NCBI GenBank assembly: GCA_907165135.1
Contig: OU015569.1
Span: forward strand, 4,898,001 to 4,962,000
Direction: 5' to 3'
DNA length: 64,000 bases
Source of the DNA: Oikopleura dioica
Taxonomy: Eukaryota > Animalia > Chordata
Both the position numbers and the translations under genes were made by a program. Shown here one piece after another: positions 1-9,999 of the stretch; positions within the stretch are counted from its first letter, which is position 1; every line of letters begins with the position of its first letter. The notes under the pieces are model-generated. The model saw only the letters and a list, made by a program, of their open reading frames with translations, did no database searches and was not told the origin of the DNA.

Positions 1-717
1 GAAGTAGCAAGATCCCTTTTCAACGGTCAAATCCCATCCATCTGGCGGGCTTTGGCACCGGACACGCTCAAGAATCTTTCTAACTGGATGAGTCACTTTA
101 GATCGCGGCTCGATCAGTACACCAACTGGGTTGAGAAAGGAATCGGTTTTGATATTTTACGGAAATGATCTTTTGAAATATATTGAGTGAGATATAAAGA
201 TCCAGTCAATTTATGAATAACTATCGAAAGTTTCGATTCGAAACCGATAAAAGGTGAACCCGATGTCATGTGGATTTCCGGCCTTCATATCCCTGAGTCC
301 TATCTTACCGCTCTCGTGCAAGCAACTTGCCGCAAGAATAAGTGGGCTTTGGATCGTTCGACTTTGTACACCGTAGTGACCAAATACGAGGATGCTTCTT
401 ACGTGAACGAAAGACCACTGCAAGGTGCCTATATTTCCGGTCTTTACTTGGAAGGTGCCGCTTGGGACGTGGAGAACACTTGCTTGGTGCGCCAGCCGCC
501 CAAACAGCTCCTGCAGCAACTGCCGATCATGCAGATCGTTCCGATCGAGTCTCACCGCTTGAAGCTGCAGAACACCTTCCGAACGCCCGTCTACACGACT
601 TCAAACCGACGAAACGCGATGGGTGTCGGTCTCGTTTTCGAAGCCGATCTTGCTTCTCGACAACATCCATCTCACTGGGTCCTACAGTCCGTCGCTCTCA
701 CACTCAACTCCGACTAA
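1..717 (+). CDS. DNAH10: Axonemal dynein heavy chain, C-terminal end (partial; exons 1-139 and 254-717)
   Basis: Frame 1 reads EVARSLFNGQIPSIWRALAPDTLKNLSNWMSHF...WVEK, joined across a GA-AG intron (140-253) to GEPDVMWISGLHIPESYLTALVQATCRK...GLYLEGAAWD...TPVYTTSNRRNAMGVGLVFEADL...HWVLQSVALTLNSD*. This is the dynein C-terminal domain and closely resembles DNAH10. Confidence 0.9.
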
Positions 718-1303
718 GCACCAAAACTAACACCTGTATTTAATATCTTCTGTACAAAAGTATATTTTTGTATTAATAATAAATATATTTGTCTAACTAA
801 AAACCGAGTCGATTGTTATCGAAATTCAAACTAACCCAGCGGGGTACTTTTGGTCTTTGCGGGGGAAGGAGATCATGATAATTATCATTACATTAGTAAA
901 GTACAGGTGTGTTTGGTGTGCCTTCATCGGATATCTTTGCTAGCTAGATATTACCAATAAGCAATTCCTGAGGTAAACGAAAAAACTTATTGCAAAATGG
1001 ATGTGAGATAATCTGTGAGATCAGCAGAAACTGATTATGTTTGGGAACGAGAATTTGAGAAAATCAAGGAAGAAATTTGTTGAGATATTTCCGAGTTGCG
1101 GAAAAATGTCTTTGCTTTGTCAGGTTGTTTGTATCAGAGTTGGAGTGATTCATTTCTGTAAGATCGGCCAATAACCTTTTCGGAAAGGAATGCGCGGTGC
1201 AAAAGAGGGAAAATGAGTATTCGATAGGAAAACGAGCTCACTCTTGCCTACTCAAAATTTTTGCTTGCAAAGGTTTAAGCTGATTGTTGAAAGAGACTGC
1301 ACG

Positions 1304-1750
1304 ATGGGAAAGGCAAAGACAGCCGCAAAATCGACGAAATCTTCGGCGAAATCAGGGCCGCCTTCGAAAAAAGCGACGAACTCAGCCTCTAAGAAGACAA
1401 CGATGAAAACAAAGACGCTTACAACGACGAAAGTCGTCGAGACAACGCTCACACGCAGCGAAGTGACCAGCAAAACAGCAACGACTTCTAAGCCCGCAAT
1501 CAAAAAGGCAACGAAGGAAGCTCCAGCTTTGAAAGCTCCACCCAAACAAGCCAACCCACTTCCAGTTCAGAAGAAAACTGCGTCAGGTATGAATACTACT
1601 CAATCGGCGACGAAAAAAGCTTCTGCGAAGCCGGCTCAGGCGAAGAAAACCGGCAGCGCATCGAAGAAGCCAAAAGAACCTGCGGGAATTACGATTACGC
1701 TCCCGGGCTCTGGAAAAGGGAAACCAATGACGATTACGATTAAAAAATAA
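1304..1750 (+). CDS. Intronless K/T/A/S/P-rich basic low-complexity protein (H1-tail or protamine-like), about 148 aa
   Basis: Open frame from ATG 1304 (MGKAKTAAKSTKSS...). Very Lys-rich, almost no acidic or aromatic residues, no recognisable globular domain. Confidence 0.6.
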   Translation: MGKAKTAAKSTKSSAKSGPPSKKATNSASKKTTMKTKTLTTTKVVETTLTRSEVTSKTATTSKPAIKKATKEAPALKAPPKQANPLPVQKKTASGMNTTQSATKKASAKPAQAKKTGSASKKPKEPAGITITLPGSGKGKPMTITIKK

Positions 1751-2168
1751 CTCCCCCTAAACTTAAAATTGTCCCCAAAAAATCGTGATGAAAATCAGGT
1801 TGAAATTTTTCTTGTTGCACTTTTCGAAATTCGGCAAAAAACTGTGCTCTTGGGCGCCTCTTGAACTCTCCACGGATAATTCTTGGTGAGTGTAGCGCCG
1901 CTAAATTTTCGCCTATAAAAAGGCAGATTTCGCCCCTTACCTCCACTCACACTTACAGAGCCACCGGAGAAACCTTCTCCGAGACTTGCAACGTCCTAAA
2001 ATTTTAACCTTTTTTCATCGCTTCTTTTTGTGCCCCTTTCCTTTCGTCGTTTTCCCTGTCCTTTTCGCCCCGCCCGTCAAACCCGCCAAGGAAAGGATAA
2101 TCAACAAGATGTTTTATAATATTATTATCATTTCATTTTCATAATCAAATTTCATTATCCTTCGTCAG

Positions 2169-2572
2169 ATGTGTTTCGAATGGCTTTTCGCTGGCAAGAA
2201 GACCAAGCTTGAGGCTGATCTCGAGAAAAACGAAGCACAGTTGACACGTGCCAAAGAACTTCTCTCCGAACATGATGAGGTTATCTTGAACCTCAAGGAT
2301 GAGGTCGCGCAGATAAGAGGCGACTCATTGAAACGAGGTAAGCTTTATCAAAGAACTTTCATTCCGAATCTTAAAATATTTTAGTCGCTCAGCCCCGAAG
2401 ATCGCGAACTGTCAACGCTCAACCTCGTCCCATCAATGCAGGACAACTTCGTCGACCTCGTTCTCCTCCACCGTCCTATGAGCACGTCAACTCACCGTCT
2501 ACAATGGTCTTGTCAAACTCCAGTACTCCATCTCCAACACTCTACTGGATCGCCACTGCTCCCCAGGAATGA
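2169..2572 (+). CDS. Small two-exon protein: N-terminal coiled coil plus Pro/Arg/Ser-rich tail with PPPSY motif
   Basis: Exon 2169-2337, GT-AG intron 2338-2384, exon 2385-2572 stays in frame to TGA. An acceptor-like tcag sits directly before the ATG. Confidence 0.6.
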
Positions 2573-3212
2573 AGTACACATCAGCCACCGAATCCTTTTT
2601 TTCCAACGCTTCCTTTCCTCTAAACCGCTAGAGTAACCCTTCCCGCTGTAAATCTCACTGAACCTCCACTTCGCATCACCGTCGCTCACCACTTTGTTTT
2701 TCTCGCCGATCTCTCCCGTGCCATTCATCTGTTTGAAACAGACTGTTTCTCAAAAGTTTTCAATCCTTGTTATCTTTTCTGCCCAATTTCGTCTCTCTCT
2801 AATTGTAGAGTAACCTCTCCTACTGTATATTTCCCTGAACCTTCACTTTCAATCACTGTCTCTTTCTACCGCCATGCCTTACCTTACTTAGGTAATCTCT
2901 TCTTCATTACTGACAAAATCAGTTGAAAACACGAATCAAGATAGAACCCAAAAATCCTTCGTCTTAAAATTTTTGCAGGAAAATTACAACTTAGATTTTA
3001 GATGAAAATAATCAGCAGGATTGATATTATCGCCGAGGCACTATTGTTTTTGACGCAAACTAGGGGATGAAAAATAGTTGAGCTTTCTTTTCGCCTTGGG
3101 GCGTAGTGCGCATCTGGATTGGCGTTCTATCCCTTCGTTGAGCCAATAGACTCCGCTTTGAATGCATTTTCGATGACTAGTGAGACAAGTACAAATCAAG
3201 AATTTTATTAAA

Positions 3213-4532
3213 ATGGAAAGTGCCGAAAAGAAGAAAGCCTCTGATGTGAAGGAGAAGCAGCCAGTCTCCGAAAAACCGACCAAGGACGAGAAAAAGCCGG
3301 AAAAGGAAGAAAAGCCAGAGGAAAATGGAAGCAGCGCCGCGAAGAAGCCAAAGAAGGAAGAAAAGAAACCGAAAGTCGAAAGAAAACGAAAATCAGAGCG
3401 TTCAGACAGTGTTTGAAAATCTTTTGATGAATTGCGGATTCGTACTCTTCCTTGATTCCACAAAACTATCTCCTTTCATCTCGAAGGATAAAATGTTCAG
3501 AGTTTTTTCATACTAGTAGCTTTCTTTTCTAGTTTAATCAAAGATCTACTCATTTCTTCTAAAACCCAATTTTCAAACAGAAAGAAGGCAGTTCTCGCGT
3601 TACCCGGAGCACGGATTTTTATGTTTCCATGGTAGAAGAGTGCATCAAGCTAGAACAACTTCAAGCAAAACGTAATCTAATCCATCAATTTCCTTTAGAA
3701 AACAACGATTTTTCAGAAGCAAAAGAAGCAAAATCTGAGCCCAAGCAGAAAAAGCCCGCCGCTCCTAAAAGTAGCGAGCCAAAGTCGAAGAAATCTCAAA
3801 AAGACGAACAGAAGCGGGCTTCTCAGAACGATGAAAGTGAGCCAATCGAGCGTACCTTTGGCGAGCTGAAAAATATCCTTCGCAATTCAACGACGATGGA
3901 TTTAGCCAAGAAGATTATTGGAGTGAATCTATGTCGCAGAATCGACGGACAGAAGATCATTGGCAGAATCGTCGACACGGAGGCTTATATAGGGTAAGAA
4001 ATTCTTATGTAATTTCTTCTACGAAGATAAATAATTCTAGCCCGGTTGACAAATGCTCGGTTACGTTCAAAAAGAAAAAATCAAAAGCGCTTGCTTCGTA
4101 TTTTGCTGAATCAGGTACCGCCTGCGTCGAGTTTGTTGAAGAAGGCAACACGCATTTGGCGATTTCTAGCGCTCTACCAGGCGAATACGTCCTTATCAGT
4201 GCTCTTCAGCCCATGCTCGGAAGGTATTATTAATCTTATTTCGCTTCGTATATTCGTTTTTCAGAGAGAAGATGAAATCGCTCCGCGGAATGCGGCCAAG
4301 CACGACGGACAAAAACCTGACGGCGACGGCAAAAGAGCTCGCCGCTGCGCTGAAAGTAACGATGGAGTTCGACGGACTCGACTTGCTCGAAGGAGGTGGC
4401 GACATTTGGCTGGAACCGGGCGTTACGTGCCCCAAAGTTGTCAAAACGCGCCGAGCTATTGACATGAACAACGAAAAAAATTGGCAAGAGGTTAGAACGC
4501 ACAACAAACCTACGATCTGTTCTTTCATATAG
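3213..4532 (+). CDS. Divergent 3-methyladenine DNA glycosylase (MPG/AAG)-like protein with long Lys/Glu-rich N-terminus
   Basis: Motifs DLAKKIIGVNLCRR, GRIVDTEAYIG, YVLISALQPMLG, ELAAALKVTMEFDGLDLL..GDIWLEPG and VVKTRRAI are collinear with the AAG fold. GT-AG introns near 3994 and 4224. The link to the N-terminal exon at 3213 is inferred from phase. Confidence 0.7.
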
Positions 4533-5599
4533 GCTTTTACAAATAAGCATTTTATTTTTTGACCCTAAGGTTAATTTCTATGCGATATTTTGGAATGTAT
4601 TCTTACATTCTTGGGGCAAAAATTAATTGAATGTCAGTCAATATGATTTTAAAAGTACAATGAGATTCGGGTTTATTTTCGCCCAAAATAGTCTCAAAAA
4701 CAATGCTAGATAGCGTATCATAATTGAAATAAATATAATCCCGATTCTCACGTCGAGGGCGCTCCCGATCATACTAACAATTGTCTAGTGGAGCTTCAAG
4801 AAACTTCGCTTTTACTCTGCCACTTCCCACTGCATCAAGACAAGAGATCAAAAGGAAGAACAGAATACAGGAATGGCTACTAAAAAAATTTCACTCGAAA
4901 AATGTAAGCTCAATTTCTGTAGCTTATCAAGTCTTGCAAACACTGCCGGAAGACGTCGACCATATATAACGATGAGCAACTAAGATTATCTTTTCAAATC
5001 AAATCAACTTTTGCTACATAACCGAGCATTAAAAAATCAAACCCTTTCTACGAAATTTAGCAAACCAAACCTAACCCTAGACTACATTTGAAAACGTGCG
5101 TCAGTACTCTATTATCACAGCATTGTTGAATTTCGAAAACGGAAGAATAAAGGCTCAGACATCAGTTTAACTCAATTCGAATTCTCACCAATTTGTTGAC
5201 CCGTTCTGCCTGTTCCATTGAAGATCGGATAGACCCACAGGAAAAAAAATCTTTCCCAGGTTGTCAATAAATTGGTGAAGATCCGCAGAGAGGTTGAGCT
5301 CGTTATCTTAACCTATTGCAACACTTGAATCGTATCTGCCAGCAACACACATAAACGCGTGCGAAACGTAACCCGCATCATCACGCATGGATCTTTAATC
5401 GCCAATATTTGCCTTTTCGCCAGTTTTTCTCATTTCTGTTTCATTTACCAAACACGGCGACCGCCGCGTTTCTAACATTTGCCTGAGAGAGCAATATCGC
5501 TATTGAATTTCTTTTCTCAAGAAAAAAAAAGAAAGCAAAAATAATCAAGACTATCACTTCCGTTTTTAAGACGTGTGTTAGACCATCATGAGTTAGAAA

Positions 5600-6692
5600 A
5601 TGGGAAGCTGCTTGACCCGGGAGAACAGAAACGAAGAGAATGCTCAGACCGACCCGGCGGTTCGAACTGTAAGTGTCCTCTTTTGAGTATAAATGAGAAT
5701 GTATCTGCAATTAAAATATTAAACGTTCGGGTCTATAAATATCTTTTTAGAGCAGTAAAAAGCGAGGTGAAAACCAACTTTCTGGTGAGCTTCCGCGATG
5801 GACCTCCGAGAAAAGGACTCAGATGATATGTACAGTAGTATTCAGTGAAAAACGCGTCATTGAAGAAAACCAAAAATTACCCCTGATTACGTTAGAATAA
5901 TTCTATAATTTCGAAACTCAACACTTTCACACCTTATATAAAGGTGCGATCATAATTAAAAGCAAGAATCTGAGCCCATTCTTAACCAGCGATGACGATG
6001 GGAGCGCTCGTCTCAAAAAGGGATGAGTTCTGGGAAACGGCGCCGTCTTATGAAGGAAAAAAGGAAGTATGGGAAGCGCTGCGTTCAGCTGCAGACGCTC
6101 TGGAACGCGGCGACTTGGAACATGCCCAGCTTGTCATAGGTAAGCTAGAACATTTCTTCCTCCCCGTGAGTTTTTCGCTTTAGACACGGCGAACATCAAA
6201 GTTCCGAACGGGAACCTGTCCGAGTCGTACGATGACCTCGGCATCAAATATTGCATTCCCGCTTACTGTATCTCCGCCCCAGACAATCTCATCTCAGAAA
6301 AGGGATCAGTCTTCTCGCGCACTTCGAAAACGAAACGATCACTTGTAAACAACACCACCAAAATGGATACCGTGTTGCGTTTGCGCCTTTCCACCGAAAA
6401 GTAACACTCCTCAGTAAGGTTCCAACTTAATTTCTGTCTATTATAGCGAAAAGACATTTGATTTCGACGTAAGTTCGAAGGAGCTAGTCCAGAGTGCTAA
6501 ATTGCGGCTCCAGAACGAACGCGATATCAAAGGTCAGCAGCGCTGGTTCTGTCAGGGCAGAGTGTTAGGTAATTTCTACTCAGTCTGGATTGACGTCATG
6601 AACGTTCGAATTTAGTGGACAATCAAACGATCACTCAGGCGCGCATCCCGGAAGGCTTCGTGATTCAAGTTATTCTTATTCCAAAACTGTAA
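5600..6692 (+). CDS. UBTD1/2: Ubiquitin domain-containing protein (UBTD1/UBTD2 family)
   Basis: MGSC N-terminus; [23 protein letters not shown]; [24 protein letters not shown]; C-terminal ubiquitin-like domain with QRWFCQGR and VIQVI. Confidence 0.9.
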
Positions 6693-7255
6693 ATTCCTCA
6701 CTCAAATGCTGTAGAAAGGTTAACCAATATATTTAATAACACATCAAGTTCATGTTCCAAGGACAGAAAAAATACACACAACTGAGTCAGTTGAACTGGC
6801 AGAGCTCGTCATCTCTGAATGTCCGATCGCAGGATATCCAGAAACAGTCAGAGGGATTGTTTGAGATGTATTTATTGAATTTCAATAATTGAATAGTGAA
6901 ATATCGAATAGAATCAAAATTAAAAAGTATCAGTTTGATAAGGAAAGAAGAACTAGAAACGGAGGAAACTGAATAAAAGACTGGTTTCTTACATGTAGAA
7001 AAAAGGGTGGGAAAGAAGAAAGTGGGAATTGAAGTTAGGAAGATCTCATTTGTCATAGAAATGGAGGCGAATTAAGAGCTTTTGAAGCCGCACCGCGGCT
7101 TTTTAAAAAGCAAGATTGGGCCAATCTGATTGGCTAGCTAGCTACAAAGGAATATTTTTTGAATAGTATAGAATTGACTCCGAAAGCGCCTCAACCCTCT
7201 TTATATCGTGTAATAGCAGTGTGAAAAAGGAAACACTCGTGTCGGATAGATGCCT

Positions 7256-9067
7256 TTAAAGAAGCATAGGATTCCAGGCGGATTCGCTGGCGGGGATGCC
7301 ACCTACCATTTCAGACTCGATGCCGCACTCATTGACGCCTCGTTTGATCTGAAAAGTTCGAATATTAGAATTGAATATACTAGCTATTTTGTAAGTATAC
7401 TACTGCAGTAGCTACTACTGCAATTAGCGCTCGCACGGCGGCAATTGGATAGATCGACTGCAGTTTCATATATTTAACCCGTTGCCGAGCGCGTAGCATT
7501 CAGGATGCTACAACCTGCCCTCAGGCTCGAAATCCAACCTTACTATTGGCGTAGACGGCATTTATACACTAAGCGCTCGGCAACGGGTTAAAGAGTATGT
7601 ACTATAGAGACTGCGATGCTTCCATGTCATTCTTTTTCAAATCGAAGTGACGCCTGCGAGAATCTGTTCTTTGTTTATTACCTTGAAGAATCCGTTGTCA
7701 CCCCAGTCGGTGTTCCACGAGTTGCCACAGAGCCAGTACTTTTCTCCATTCTCTTCGCCCCAGCCTAAGACTCGGATAGCGTGACCTCCCAACGCTTCGC
7801 CAGTGTGATGCGAGTAGACGCCGGATTTGTAGGTAGGGAAGTCTTCGTAGACAATGAAAGCGCCTTCCACGGGCCCGTTCTTGTAGATCTCGTGCATGAT
7901 CGCCTTCTCGTTAGCAGGAATTCTGAAAATCAAGAGTTACTAGACGGGAGTTGAAAGTAACAACGAACCGATAGGCGACGGAGCCGTAGTGCTTGTCCTG
8001 AGCGAAGTTCCCGGTGTAACCGTCGACGCACTTGTGTGAACACTTCGGTGTTGTTCCTTCTTCGCCGGTGCATGGGGGACGATCACCTTCAGTGTGGTGC
8101 TCGCAAGGCTCGATCACGTAAGGCTGGCACCCTTCGCCGTGGTAGAGGCCGCCAGTGACAAGGCCATTTTGAACCCAGTACTCCCAAGCAGCCTAAAAGG
8201 TGCATTAGAGATAGATAAGTGTACTCTTTGGTACTTAAGCACTCGTTTAAAAATATGGCAATTACCTGAGGAAAGCCACCGTTGCAGCCGTTTCCACAGA
8301 CGTATCCGCAGCAAGAGAGCAAGTCTTCTGAAGACAAGTCGGCAGTGAAGCCTGCGTTGGAGTGGATACAAGTTCGATCGGAGATCGCTTCCGAAGCGCC
8401 AAATGCCCAGCAAGAGCCGCAAGATCCCTGGTCGCGCACTTCGCCGATCGAGGGGCAATCCGGCCACTATTTTGGGGATCAATTTTTGCAAAATAGAAAG
8501 TACTAGAAGATATATAAAAGTATAAGAATGAGTGATAGGTTTGCGATATTAATTCAAAATGAGTTGTAATTACAAGCTTGATAAGGATCATAGAACATAT
8601 AATGTAAATGACTCTCTAATTGCACTATTTGAATACTAGATATATCTTCTCGTTTTATTCTCAACTAATATTAAAAGAACTCACGGCTTCTCTGGAGTCG
8701 AAGTTAGCTGGCAACTCGAGGTCGAGATCGTTGAGAAGATGGTTGACGGGAAGACGATCGTCGCCCAATATCGTACCGCAGAGACCAGCAACGCTCTCCG
8801 GTTTGTAATTCGAGTTGAAGTTCGTTCCTGCCTTCCAGGAGAGATTCGCAGAGTTAACCTTCGAGATGATGTCATCGAAGTTCTCATGCTCCAGGTTTCC
8901 AACCAGCTTTTCAACTCCTAAAAAAGATCATCATTAATTAGTATTAAAAATTTCCACAACAAATCATATTTTTAAAAATGTAACATACGTTTTGCCACAT
9001 CTTCTACCCAATTCAAAGGGTTAAAATTCGCCGATGCGGCTCCAATCAAAACCCCACCAAGCTTCAT
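7256..9067 (-). CDS. CTSB: Cathepsin B
   Basis: Signal peptide [13 protein letters not shown]; [10 protein letters not shown]; occluding loop [13 protein letters not shown]; [11 protein letters not shown]; WLCGNSWN; last exon [19 protein letters not shown]...LL* ending at 7256. Confidence 0.95.
7478..7587. mobile_element. 110-bp piggyBac-type MITE in the last intron of CTSB
   Basis: TTAA|CCCGTTGCCGAGCGC ... GCGCTCGGCAACGGG|TTAA: perfect 15-bp TIR, TTAA duplication (7474-7477, 7588-7591), CCC/GGG termini. Confidence 0.85.
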
Positions 9068-9510
9068 TTTCTCTTTTCTCAAAAATCAGCGAAAAAAGAA
9101 CGCTCGAAGAATCAGAATTTCGCTTCTTCCCGTATCGATTTTCAATACGAGCTCTTTTGTTATTTTTTCCCTTGTCAATTTTGCGTCGTCTGTCGCGCGC
9201 GAGAATACGCTAAAACTGCGCGGCCAATCAAAACCGGCCTGGCGATTTTGGAGAAAAGCTAAAACCTCAGCACGTTTCTTTATCAGTAATTTTTCGACGG
9301 AGATTATACTGTCTTGCTATTCTAGTATTGTCAGAGTTTTGATTGAGAGAATTCGCTTGGTCGATTTTGTATATTTAACAAACCATAGTTCTTTTTGAAT
9401 TAAAATAAAGTTTTGTAATACTCAATTTCGTAGTTGTTAGAATGAATGCTTCATTTTCGTCTGAGTACCTAGATTTGCAGGGAATATTTTTAGATTGTAA
9501 AGTTACGAGA
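9068..9510. promoter_or_regulatory. Probable divergent promoter between CTSB (-) and EMC6 (+)
   Basis: Head-to-head starts about 440 bp apart; CG-rich patch with a CCAAT box near 9225. Confidence 0.35.
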
Positions 9511-9884
9511 ATGGAATCGTCAGAAAGCAAGAAATCCGCTCGTTTCATCTCACAGCCGGCGCTTCGCAAGAATCTCCTCATAAATCAACATTCCATGACA
9601 ATGACGACGGGCCTCGCCGGTGCCACCGCCGGCATTATCGGACTAACAGGACTTAGGTACCCTTCTTGGCCTTGAAAAGGCAACTCTAGAACGTGCTTTT
9701 CAGTGGTTTCGCGTTTTTCTTCGTAGCTGGATTCGTTCTTATCGCCTTGTTGCAAATGAAAGCTGGTTTCAACTGGGAGAAGTTCTTTCCAAGCTATAAA
9801 GTGCTCATGGGCGGCTGGGTAACCGCATTCAAGACTTACATTCTCTTCTGGACGTTTCTCTACGGAATGATTCACATCTACTGA
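9511..9884 (+). CDS. EMC6: ER membrane protein complex subunit 6
   Basis: RFISQPALRKN...GATAGIIGLTGLSGFAFF...FKTYILFWTFLYGMIHIY*, with GT-AG intron 9657-9703. Confidence 0.93.
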
Positions 9885-9999
9885 CCTTTCTCCACTCTTC
9901 TTTCCTTAGCTCAATTCTTATGACTTCAAACTGCGGAATTTTAAACCATGTGATTGTAGCTGCTCTAATTCGCATCGTCGATTCTAGATTCGTTTCGTT

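Noticed and set aside
2625-2870. Degenerate ~65-bp direct repeat (TAGAGTAACC...CTGAACC)
   Set aside because: Two diverged copies with no spacer regularity, terminal signals or shared open frame; not CRISPR-like.
6394-6453. CGAAAAG duplicated across a UBTD intron as a TSD or non-canonical junction
   Set aside because: A plain GT-AG intron (6401-6446) keeps the frame (STENEKTF) and there is no TIR.
7637-7680. ORF-track ending of cathepsin B ([14 protein letters not shown])
   Set aside because: It is intron read-through. The homologous last exon ([19 protein letters not shown]) is at about 7256-7350.
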